Source: Candidatus Iainarchaeum sp. (GTDB lineage: Archaea > Iainarchaeota > Iainarchaeia > Iainarchaeales > CSSED10-239). Taken from it: a stretch of DNA of 20,096 bases. Each line of letters begins with the position of its first letter. The first letter of the stretch is position 1. A program made the translations under genes and the position numbers. Location of the stretch: the NCBI GenBank assembly GCA_028693335.1, contig JAQUVR010000002.1, positions 1-20,096 of the forward strand, in the 5' to 3' direction. A model generated the notes under the pieces. It searched no databases and was not told the DNA's origin. It saw only the letters and a program-made list of their open reading frames with translations. Below are positions 1 through 7,060 of this stretch, one piece after another.

Positions 1-152
1 AAAGTGGATATGGTGGTAAAGCTAAAATTGTTGGAACTGTTAAAAAACAGAATAAAAAACCGACTTTTATTGCAGAATGTGCAGTATGTAAAGCAAAACA
101 TTATTTTGTAATACCAAAAAAAATGAAGAAAGTTGAATTAACAGCAAACTAA
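1..152 (+). CDS. rpl44e: Ribosomal protein L44e (eL42), C-terminal fragment; the 5' end lies outside the window
   Basis: Frame 3 (codons from nt 3) reads SGYGGKAKIVGTVKKQNKKPTFIAECAVCKAKHYFVIPKKMKKVELTAN, with stop TAA at 150-152. The pattern GYGG..K...KKPT...C..C.KAH matches the C-terminal half of archaeal/eukaryotic L44e, including the second Cys pair of the zinc site. Confidence 0.75.
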   Translation, partial: SGYGGKAKIVGTVKKQNKKPTFIAECAVCKAKHYFVIPKKMKKVELTAN

Positions 153-154
153 AC

Positions 155-171
155 TTTCTTTTCTTTTTTTA
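155..171 (+). terminator. Oligo-T tract after rpl44e, a possible archaeal terminator
   Basis: The sequence tttcttttcttttttta follows the rpl44e stop directly. Archaeal RNAP terminates at oligo-T runs. There is no further support. Confidence 0.35.
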
Positions 172-187
172 TTAAAAAAAGTAATTC

Positions 188-196
188 TTTAAAATA
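188..196 (+). promoter_or_regulatory. TATA-like box for the membrane-protein/ATPase operon
   Basis: TTTAAAATA is centred about 26 nt upstream of ATG 218, which fits a leaderless or short-leader archaeal promoter. In DNA this AT-rich the match is weak evidence. Confidence 0.35.
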
Positions 197-217
197 GATC
201 TATAATCTATTTTACTT

Positions 218-910
218 ATGAAAATTGATACTTATTACAAATTCATAGCATCCACTTTTGGAATTGCATATTTTGTTGGATTAGTAATTGGTATATTATT
301 AACTATTGGTGGAACAGATGTTGCGCCAGAAACAAATATAACAAATTCTTTTTTTTTACAAAGTACAGTTAATTTTAGAGCACTTTTTATAGAAACCATT
401 AATTTATCATTTACTCAAGCAGCAATTCCATTTACCTATTTAATTGTAAGTGTAAAATATGGCTTGAATCATGCATTTTTATTAACAAGTCCATTCCTTG
501 GACAAATTAAATTATTTGTTCAATTAATACCACAAGTGTTTTATTTTATTTCTTTTATATTATTTGCAACAATTGGATTAAAACTAATAATTTACTTAAT
601 AGTAAAATTAGCAAATTTAGTTTTTGAAAAAACAAAAAGAAATATTTTTTTAAAATTAAATCCTTTTAACAAAAATGACCCCCTATTTTTATATCTGGCA
701 CTATTGTTTATTATTACTGGTGTCTTTATACAGATATTTTTAAGCAAAATATTCTTTATTTTTTTAATTAATTTTCAATTAGTTTCATATGTTTTTATTA
801 TAATATTATATATCTTATTAATAACCACAAGTCTATATTTAGTATACTCAACAATAAAATCAGCACTTGAGGAAATAAAAAACATTTATAAAAAAATAAT
901 ATTTAAATGA
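218..910 (+). CDS. Polytopic integral membrane protein of unrecognised family (about 6 hydrophobic segments)
   Basis: A 230-aa ORF with several long hydrophobic stretches (FGIAYFVGLVIGILLTIGG, FYFISFILFATIGLKLIIYLIV, LFLYLALLFIITGVFIQIFL, VSYVFIIILYILLITTSLYLV). Its stop TGA (908-910) overlaps the ATG (907) of the next gene as ATGA. Confidence 0.6.
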   Translation: MKIDTYYKFIASTFGIAYFVGLVIGILLTIGGTDVAPETNITNSFFLQSTVNFRALFIETINLSFTQAAIPFTYLIVSVKYGLNHAFLLTSPFLGQIKLFVQLIPQVFYFISFILFATIGLKLIIYLIVKLANLVFEKTKRNIFLKLNPFNKNDPLFLYLALLFIITGVFIQIFLSKIFFIFLINFQLVSYVFIIILYILLITTSLYLVYSTIKSALEEIKNIYKKIIFK

Positions 911-3435
911 TAATTATGGATAAAAGCTTTAATTTTGATACAGAAGACATAGTTTTGGGAAGAGTTTCAAGTCAACAAAAAAAATATGGAAACAAAGCAA
1001 CTGGATATATAGGAAAAGTTGTAGTTTCTAGTGGTGATGAACCAGTTCTTGGAAAAAAAATATTAATGGATCTAGCAAGATCTCATGTAGCTATTGTTTG
1101 CGGAAAAAGGGGCGGTGGAAAATGCCTAACTGGCGATACCTTAATAACTATAGAGGATGGTAGAGAAATACCAATCAAAGATTTAGACAAAAACAAGACA
1201 CCAGTATTATCTTTACAAAGTAATTTTAAAATAAAATCAACTAATAAAGATCAATTTTTTAAAAGAGAAGTAAATAAGATTTTAGAAGTTAAATTAAGAA
1301 CAGGAAAAATAATAAAATTAACACCAGAACATCCCTTATTAACCATTTCAGGATGGAAAGAAGTAAAAGATCTTAAAAAAGGAAGCAGAATAGCAACACC
1401 AAGAAACACACCTTTTTTTGGAAAAACAAAAATTAGAGATTGCGAAATAAAATTACTGGCATATTTGATTGCAGAAGGCCATTTAGGTAATGGCTTTGTG
1501 CTATTTTCTAATACTGATGAAAAAATAATAATAGATTTTAAAAAAGCAATTGGAGATTTTGATAAAACACTAAAAATCTTAGATCACGGACATAAAACAT
1601 TAAGGATTAGCAAATCAAAAATTGGAAAAGAGAAAAATCCACTTAAAGAATATCTTAAAAATTTATATTTATATGATGTAAGATCAGAAACAAAATTTAT
1701 TCCAGAAATTATTTTTAAATTGCCAAAAAAACAATTATCTTTATTTCTAAACAGATTATTCAGCTGTGATGGAACTATATACTTTGATAAAAATAAAAAA
1801 GAATGGGAAATTTCTTATTCATCTTCATCTCAAAAATTAATATTACAAGTTCAAAGTTTGCTTTTAAGATTTGGATTAATTTCTGTAATTAGAACAAAAA
1901 AAACAAAGAAACTGCCAAATTATGAATTAAAAATATTAACCAGTAAAAATATAGATTTTATAAAAGAAATTGGTTTTTTTGGAAAAAAAGAATTATTACA
2001 AAAAAAAGTAACTACAAAAAAAAGTAATCCAAATATTGACACAATTCCAAAAGAGATCTGGGATATTTACAGACCAAAAAGTTGGTCAGCAATTGGCAAA
2101 GAAATAGGATACAAAAATCCAAAATCTCTTAGAAATTCAATAAATTACTCTCCTTCTAGAGAAAAATTATTAAAAATTGCAACCATCGAAAAAAACAATG
2201 AATTAAAAAAAATTGCAACTAGCGATATATTTTGGGATGAAATTATTGAAATTAAGGAAATTAATAAAAAAGAAACTGTCTATGATATAACTGTTCCAAA
2301 CACACATAATTTTATTGCTAATAATATTATTGTTCACAATAGTTATACAATGTCAGTATTAATAGAAGAATTTTGTAGACAACCATTTGAAATAAAAGAA
2401 AGACTATCTGTTCTAATAATTGATACTGTTGGAATTTTTTGGACAATGAAATATCCTAATAAAGAAGACCCAGAATTATTAAAAAAATGGGATCTTTCTC
2501 CAGAAGGATTAGATATTAGAAATCTTGTGCCACTTGGTAAAAAAGATTTTTATGTTGATAAAAAATTACCTCATGATGGTTACTTTACAATAAAAACATC
2601 ACAAATGGATACAGAAGACTGGCTTGGTGTTTTTAGATTGACATGGAGAGATCCAGAAAGTTCTTTACTTTCAAGAACATTAGAAACTATTAGACAGAAA
2701 GTTGGTAACTTATATGATATTGATGATATAATAAATATTTCTCAAAAAGATCTAGACTCTAACAAAGAAACAAAAAATTCTTTAATGAATAGATTGTTAG
2801 TTGCAAAATCATGGGGTTTGTTTTCAAAAACAGGAACAACTATGAAAGAGTTTGCAGCTCCAGGGACAATTACTGTTATTGATGTTAGTACTTATAAACA
2901 ATCTATTGGAATGGAATCCATACATGAACTAATTGTTGGAATTTTAGGTAAAAGATTGTATGAAGAGCGTATGCTTTATAGAAAAGAAGAAGAAATGAAT
3001 CTATTATCTGGTAAAAGAAAAGAAAGTGAAATGCCAATTATCTGGATGATGATTGATGAAGCACACATGTTTATGCCATCAGACAGACCATCAATGGCAT
3101 TAGATGTTCTACTTCAATGGATAAGGGTTGGAAGACAACCTGGATTGTCATTACTTTTAGCAACACAGCGTCCAAATAAGTTACATAGCGAAGCAATTTC
3201 ACAATGTGATTTCTTTTTGAGCATGAGAATGACTGCTCAAGATGATATTCTTGCAGTAAGTTCAATAAGACCAAGCTATTTAAATGTACCAATGGATAAA
3301 TTTTATGCGCAGATGCCAAGAGATCAAGGTTATGCTATAGTTGTAGATGATAATTCAGAAAAAGTTATGTTAGTAAAAATAAGACCAAGACTTACTTGGG
3401 ATGGTGGAAAAACAGCTAATGTTTTTGTTGATTAA
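907..3435 (+). CDS. HerA/FtsK-superfamily (DUF87-like) P-loop ATPase, intein-containing precursor (842 aa; 436 aa after splicing)
   Basis: Walker A GKRGGGK|S is interrupted after the Lys and restored by splicing to GKRGGGKSYTMSVLIEE. Walker B is IIWMMIDEAH (DEAH at nt 3055-3066). LLLATQRPNKL and the C-terminal KIRPRLTWDGGKT are typical of HerA/DUF87-type ATPases. Confidence 0.85.
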   Translation: MIIMDKSFNFDTEDIVLGRVSSQQKKYGNKATGYIGKVVVSSGDEPVLGKKILMDLARSHVAIVCGKRGGGKCLTGDTLITIEDGREIPIKDLDKNKTPVLSLQSNFKIKSTNKDQFFKREVNKILEVKLRTGKIIKLTPEHPLLTISGWKEVKDLKKGSRIATPRNTPFFGKTKIRDCEIKLLAYLIAEGHLGNGFVLFSNTDEKIIIDFKKAIGDFDKTLKILDHGHKTLRISKSKIGKEKNPLKEYLKNLYLYDVRSETKFIPEIIFKLPKKQLSLFLNRLFSCDGTIYFDKNKKEWEISYSSSSQKLILQVQSLLLRFGLISVIRTKKTKKLPNYELKILTSKNIDFIKEIGFFGKKELLQKKVTTKKSNPNIDTIPKEIWDIYRPKSWSAIGKEIGYKNPKSLRNSINYSPSREKLLKIATIEKNNELKKIATSDIFWDEIIEIKEINKKETVYDITVPNTHNFIANNIIVHNSYTMSVLIEEFCRQPFEIKERLSVLIIDTVGIFWTMKYPNKEDPELLKKWDLSPEGLDIRNLVPLGKKDFYVDKKLPHDGYFTIKTSQMDTEDWLGVFRLTWRDPESSLLSRTLETIRQKVGNLYDIDDIINISQKDLDSNKETKNSLMNRLLVAKSWGLFSKTGTTMKEFAAPGTITVIDVSTYKQSIGMESIHELIVGILGKRLYEERMLYRKEEEMNLLSGKRKESEMPIIWMMIDEAHMFMPSDRPSMALDVLLQWIRVGRQPGLSLLLATQRPNKLHSEAISQCDFFLSMRMTAQDDILAVSSIRPSYLNVPMDKFYAQMPRDQGYAIVVDDNSEKVMLVKIRPRLTWDGGKTANVFVD
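1123..2340 (+). mobile_element. Full-length intein (406 aa) with a LAGLIDADG homing-endonuclease domain, inserted in the Walker A motif
   Basis: The intein starts at Cys (TGC 1123-1125) in CLTGDTLITIEDG (block A). Block B is KLTPEHPLL (TxxH). The two LAGLIDADG motifs are LLAYLIAEGHL and LFLNRLFSCDGTI, each keeping its acidic residue. Block F is VYDITVPNTHNF. Block G is NNIIVHN, ending at nt 2340 and followed by the +1 Ser (AGT 2341-2343). Confidence 0.85.
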
Positions 3436-3436
3436 T

Positions 3437-3730
3437 TTAAGATAAATGTTCTCTTACAATATCCTTTATTTCATTTCTTATTTGGACACCTGCTTTTACA
3501 TCTGTAAAATTATTTTTTTCAGAAACTACTGAATAACCATCACTTACTAGTAAGTGTTTTCTATCACCAATAGTATAGCAACCAGGAGTTATGTGTCCAT
3601 CTTGAAATAAAACAAAATTATCTATTTTTTTTAAATTTAAGGTCATCAACAATTTATATGTTGCGTTCATAGTAGTGCCATAATGCATACAATTATCTAA
3701 TACTAAAACAGGATCAGATCTCTCTGTCAT
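3437..3730 (-). CDS. Phosphoribosyltransferase-like protein; this is the ATG-delimited minimum, and the frame stays open upstream to 3934
   Basis: PVLVLDNCMHYGTTMNATYKLL resembles the PRPP-binding loop of type I PRTases (hydrophobic strand, two polar/acidic residues, then xxTGxT). The in-frame upstream 68 codons (..NIIILDKSARAIYIGILEYYRIKYPNEKPPRIYFLNP..) have no stop and look like the N-terminal half of the same fold, but they contain no ATG/GTG/TTG. Confidence 0.55.
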   Translation of the reverse strand: MTERSDPVLVLDNCMHYGTTMNATYKLLMTLNLKKIDNFVLFQDGHITPGCYTIGDRKHLLVSDGYSVVSEKNNFTDVKAGVQIRNEIKDIVREHLS

Positions 3731-3924
3731 TAATCTTTTATATCTATTTGCAAATTGTCTAACTGCCTGAGCAGTAAAATGCTCATTATGCTTAAACGAA
3801 TTTGGATTTAAAAAATAAATTCTTGGTGGTTTTTCATTAGGATATTTAATTCTATAATATTCTAGTATTCCAATATAGATTGCTCTTGCAGATTTATCTA
3901 AAATAATTATGTTTTTTATTTTAT

Positions 3925-4092
3925 TTAATTTAATTTAATTCTATTTACTGTTTTTTCAACAGCAACAAATACACGACGTCTCTCTCTAATAATTGGCTCT
4001 GGCTTTGGTCTTTGTATTGGTTTTTTAGACAAACGACTTAAACCAGAACAAGGTTTTTTTTTAAAAATAGAACAAATTTGGCATCTAATCAC
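3925..4092 (-). CDS. Possible small basic Cys-containing protein (55 aa from GTG 4092); speculative
   Basis: GTG lies 8 nt after the stop of the upstream gene. The product reads (M)IRCQICSIFKKKPCSGLSRLSKKPIQRPKPEPIIRERRRVFVAVEKTVNRIKLN. It is K/R-rich with a CxxC plus one further Cys, and I recognise no family. The ORF-track version (3925..4146) overlaps the upstream gene. Confidence 0.25.
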   Translation of the reverse strand: MIRCQICSIFKKKPCSGLSRLSKKPIQRPKPEPIIRERRRVFVAVEKTVNRIKLN

Positions 4093-4099
4093 AAAAAAA

Positions 4100-4783
4100 C
4101 TATTCTTCAAGTAATTTTCCGCCAAAATCAGCAGCTGCAGAATCACAGATCTTAACTTTCTTACTTGTTCCGTCTATTACTAAAACATTATCTTTTTCAA
4201 AATAAATAACTACGCTTTCAGAAACAAGTCTAAATTTTAGGTTGTTAGATTTTAACACTTCTTCATATATTAAATCTAAATTAGCACTTGGAACAATAAT
4301 ATCTGTTCCAACTTTTCTTCCTTCTATGTGTGTTGCAATAGTATTTAGATCAATTGTTCCAACAACATTAAATTTTAACACAAATTCAGAAATATTAAAT
4401 GAATCTATTATCTTGTTAATAAAATCTTTAGATTTTTTTGCATTCTCAAAAATAATTTTTCTGTGAGATCTAAATGTTTCTAATAACTGGTTTCCGTGTT
4501 GTAATTCTTTTTCAAATGTATCTATGTCTTGTTTTATTTGTTGAATTAAAACGTGCATTTTTTTATATAATGGAATAAGATCTCTCTTTTTTATTTCTTC
4601 TTCTAAATAAACATCTAATAATGGTTCTTTTTCATGAATATTATTAATAACTTCTAAATCTTTAGAAATATTTTCAAATATTTCAACTAATGGTATATAA
4701 GTTTCTGTAATTTTATTTGTTTTATATAGATTTTTGTTAAAAGAATCAAATACTTTTGATAATTTTGCATCAAGTTCTGGCAT
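4100..4783 (-). CDS. Hypothetical protein with a coiled-coil N-terminal half and a mixed alpha/beta C-terminal half
   Basis: A 227-aa ORF with good coding character. GAGGT lies 5 nt upstream of the ATG and a TATA-like tttatatatatttt lies upstream (plus strand 4801-4814). I recognise no family. Confidence 0.6.
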   Translation of the reverse strand: MPELDAKLSKVFDSFNKNLYKTNKITETYIPLVEIFENISKDLEVINNIHEKEPLLDVYLEEEIKKRDLIPLYKKMHVLIQQIKQDIDTFEKELQHGNQLLETFRSHRKIIFENAKKSKDFINKIIDSFNISEFVLKFNVVGTIDLNTIATHIEGRKVGTDIIVPSANLDLIYEEVLKSNNLKFRLVSESVVIYFEKDNVLVIDGTSKKVKICDSAAADFGGKLLEE

Positions 4784-4856
4784 AATATACCTCGCTTTTT
4801 AAAATATATATAAATTAGAGAAGAAACTATATTTAAAGGTATTTTTTAAAAAAAAA

Positions 4857-5198
4857 TCACAAATATTTAATAAATTTGTTATTTTTATCAACTAGTATGT
4901 TTTTTGAAGAAATTGGGGTTTGACTTAATTCAAAACCCATAATTATTATTTCTTCCCCTCTTTTAATCAAATGAGCAGAAGCACCATTCATACAAATATC
5001 TCCAGAATCTTTTTTTCCAGAAATAACATATGTTTCAAGTCTGTTTCCAGTAGTGTTACTTACAACAAGAACTTTTTCACCATCTAATAACCCAACTAGA
5101 TCCATTAATGTCTTATCAATTGTTATTGAACCAACATAATCTATATTTGCATCAGTTACAGTTGCTTTGTGTATCTTTGATCTTAAAAATTCTCTCAT
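4857..5198 (-). CDS. panD: Aspartate 1-decarboxylase, pyruvoyl-dependent (bacterial PanD type)
   Basis: MREFLRSKIHKATVTDANIDYVGSITID aligns with E. coli PanD (..[22 protein letters not shown]..), including the Gly-Ser self-cleavage site. NGASAHL corresponds to NGAAAH. The length of 113 aa is typical. Confidence 0.85.
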   Translation of the reverse strand: MREFLRSKIHKATVTDANIDYVGSITIDKTLMDLVGLLDGEKVLVVSNTTGNRLETYVISGKKDSGDICMNGASAHLIKRGEEIIIMGFELSQTPISSKNILVDKNNKFIKYL

Positions 5199-5200
5199 AA

Positions 5201-6103
5201 TTAACCCTTAATTTCTAAATAACAATAATATGCAGCAATTGCTCCTTGACTAGAAGCAGTAATAACCTGTTTTAGATCTGTTTTGTTTGTTGCATCTCCT
5301 GCAGCAAATATTCCAGAAATATTTGTTTTTTGACTCTTATCTACAACAATAAAACTATTTTTATCCAATAAAACATCTAATTTAGATAATAAATCAGTAT
5401 TTGGAACAGAGCCTATTTCAATAAATAAACCATCAAGAGAAATATTTTTATCATTGTTTGTGATTATCCCAGTTAATCTTTCAGAACCCAAAAGTTCAGT
5501 AACTTCTGTATTGTACAAAATTTCAATTTTTGAATTATTAATTGCTAAATCAATCCAAACTTTTTCTGCTCTTAATTGTTCTTTTCTATAGATAATGTAT
5601 ACTTTATTTGCTATCTCAGAAAGCATAATTGCAGCAGTAACAGCCGCATCAGAGCCACCAATAACAGCAACAATTTTATCCTTATAAAAACCAGCATCAC
5701 AGGTTGCACAATAACTAACACCTTTTCCAGTAAATTCTTCTTCTCTAGGCAAACCTAATTTTCTTCTAGCTCTACCTATTGCTAAAATTATTTTTTTTGC
5801 TTTTATAGTTCTTTGATCTGTATTTATAATAAAATCATTTTCTTTTTGTATATCAATAGTTTTTTCAAAAACAATATCAACATTAAGATTTGTTGCTTGA
5901 TCAATCATTTTTAAAGAAAGATCCATACCAGTAATTTCATTAAACCCAGGATAATTACAGATTTTGTGTGCTGTTGACATCATTCCTCCAAAAGAATCAG
6001 AAATTACAACAGTAGTTAATCCATATCTTTTGCCATAAATTGCAGCGGTTAGTCCTGCTGGACCACCACCTATTATTGCCAGATCATAAATATTTTCATT
6101 CAT
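5201..6103 (-). CDS. trxB: Thioredoxin-disulfide reductase
   Basis: FAD-binding motif IIGGGPAGLTAAIY, redox-active CATC within SYCATCDAGFY, a second dinucleotide fold VIGGSDAAVTAAIML, and C-terminal FAAGDAT. The length of 300 aa is typical of low-molecular-weight TrxR. Confidence 0.9.
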   Translation of the reverse strand: MNENIYDLAIIGGGPAGLTAAIYGKRYGLTTVVISDSFGGMMSTAHKICNYPGFNEITGMDLSLKMIDQATNLNVDIVFEKTIDIQKENDFIINTDQRTIKAKKIILAIGRARRKLGLPREEEFTGKGVSYCATCDAGFYKDKIVAVIGGSDAAVTAAIMLSEIANKVYIIYRKEQLRAEKVWIDLAINNSKIEILYNTEVTELLGSERLTGIITNNDKNISLDGLFIEIGSVPNTDLLSKLDVLLDKNSFIVVDKSQKTNISGIFAAGDATNKTDLKQVITASSQGAIAAYYCYLEIKG

Positions 6104-6519
6104 TTTTTCTTCCCTTTATTAATTAATATATCTTCAAATAATTTATTATAGTCTCTTTTCTTTGGTTTTAAACCAAGAGATTTTTCCATTGATTCAAAAC
6201 CGTATTTTATGGTTTCAGGGCTTATTTCCATTGTTGGAATTCTATTTTCCTCTAAAGCATCCAGAAATTCTCTATATGTTATTCCTGCAATCTTTGCACC
6301 ACCAGCAATATTAACTTCTTTGTTTTCATAGGCTCTTAAGGCCACACCAAGTCTATATTCTTTAAGCCCTTTTTCAATTAACTTCCTTAAAAAATCAGAC
6401 TCTGTTAGATTTTCTTCCTTTGCAATATTATAAGCCATAGTGGCCATTGAGTCAGTTAATCTTAAAGTTTTTACTTTTTTTATTTCATAATTGCAATTTT
6501 TTTTTCCCATAAATTTCAC
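6100..6519 (-). CDS. Ribbon-helix-helix + UPF0175-family antitoxin-like protein
   Basis: The N-terminus TLRLTDSMATMAYNIAKEENLTESDFLRKLIEKGL has an RHH/CopG-like pattern. It is followed by LGVALRAYENKEVNIAGGAKIAGITYREFLDALEENRIP, the UPF0175 pattern. The ORF-track start is GTG 6519. ATG 6510, preceded by GGTGA, is the more likely start. The stop overlaps the trxB ATG (ATGA at 6100-6103). Confidence 0.6.
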   Translation of the reverse strand: MKFMGKKNCNYEIKKVKTLRLTDSMATMAYNIAKEENLTESDFLRKLIEKGLKEYRLGVALRAYENKEVNIAGGAKIAGITYREFLDALEENRIPTMEISPETIKYGFESMEKSLGLKPKKRDYNKLFEDILINKGKKK

Positions 6520-7044
6520 CTATTTATTTAATAACATCTTTCTACCAATCTCAATATATTTTAATTTCATAGATTTTGATTTTTCTAAAATATTCAATTT
6601 ATTTAATACTTCTTCTTTTGTTAGTTTATTGTCTTCCACTAACTTTAAAGAAAAATCAATATTGTTTGCAACTAAGATATTATTTATTTTACAGAAATCA
6701 TAAGGAATTCCATTATCTATAAAAACAATTATCTTTTCTTCTTTTGCAAGCGCTATACTATATAGTTCTCCAGAATCACTAGTAATCTGAGAATTAATCT
6801 CTTTTGGTATTGCTTTTGGATCTTTAATTTTAATAATTTCTTTTGATTTTAAATCTGTATAAATTTCTAAATCTAAAGGAGTGTATAATTTTATTCTAAC
6901 AAAAGCTTGTAATTCTTCTTCAACTTTTCTTGTAATAACAATATTCCAAAGCTCTATAAACTCTTCAACTAAGTTAAGTTTTACTAAATGTATCCAAAAG
7001 GAAGTATCTATAACAGCTTTTGGTTTTGCTTTTGCCAGTACCAT
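6520..7044 (-). CDS. PIN-like nuclease domain protein (DUF3368-like), a putative toxin partner of UPF0175
   Basis: KAVIDTSFWIHLVKLNLVEEFIELWNIVITRKVEEEL matches the DUF3368/PIN_3 N-terminal pattern (xxDTSxLIxLxxxxxLxLL...V.iP..V..E). SGELYSIALAKEEKIIVFIDNGIPYDF corresponds to the GEaeaIaLA...lliDd segment. Confidence 0.55.
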   Translation of the reverse strand: MVLAKAKPKAVIDTSFWIHLVKLNLVEEFIELWNIVITRKVEEELQAFVRIKLYTPLDLEIYTDLKSKEIIKIKDPKAIPKEINSQITSDSGELYSIALAKEEKIIVFIDNGIPYDFCKINNILVANNIDFSLKLVEDNKLTKEEVLNKLNILEKSKSMKLKYIEIGRKMLLNK

Positions 7045-7060
7045 AAATAGATCTGATGCG

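Noticed and set aside
3071-3319. An 82-aa minus-strand ORF, along with the other short antisense/overlapping ORFs in the track: 4242..4466, 5576..5758, 6491..6703, 6881..7072, 9176..9391, 11131..11328, 12121..12417, 12435..12617, 14571..14789, 17510..17713, 18360..18560, 18479..18679, 19214..19441 and 19234..19494.
   Set aside because: Each lies inside, or largely overlaps, a much better supported gene with recognisable motifs on the opposite strand, or overlaps the tRNA. Their low-complexity F/L/I/S-rich translations are typical shadow ORFs of AT-rich DNA.
3925-3937. A programmed -1 frameshift fusing the small basic ORF (3925..4092) to the PRTase-like frame.
   Set aside because: The frames do differ by -1. 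However, the overlap (..aga att aaa tta aat taa..) contains no X XXY YYZ slippery heptamer, and I see no downstream structure. A fusion with an N-terminal Cys motif did remind me of ComF-type PRTases, but the PRTase part does not resemble ComF.
3935-4100. A relatively GC-richer patch (cacgacgtctctctctaataattggctctggctttggtc), considered as a possible small ncRNA between the 227-aa ORF and the PRTase-like gene.
   Set aside because: I could not fold it into any recognisable RNA family (there is no tRNA-like, C/D or H/ACA architecture). It is equally well explained as the body of the small basic ORF at 3925..4092. The evidence is insufficient either way.
4100-4146. N-terminal extensions in the ORF track that begin at GTG or TTG: 4146 for the small ORF, 9272 for tfb, 6519 for the antitoxin and 14688 for nop5.
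   Set aside because: In each case a downstream start with a better SD or TATA context exists (GTG 4092, ATG 9263, ATG 6510, ATG 14715). The extension either overlaps the neighbouring gene or adds a non-conserved hydrophobic peptide.
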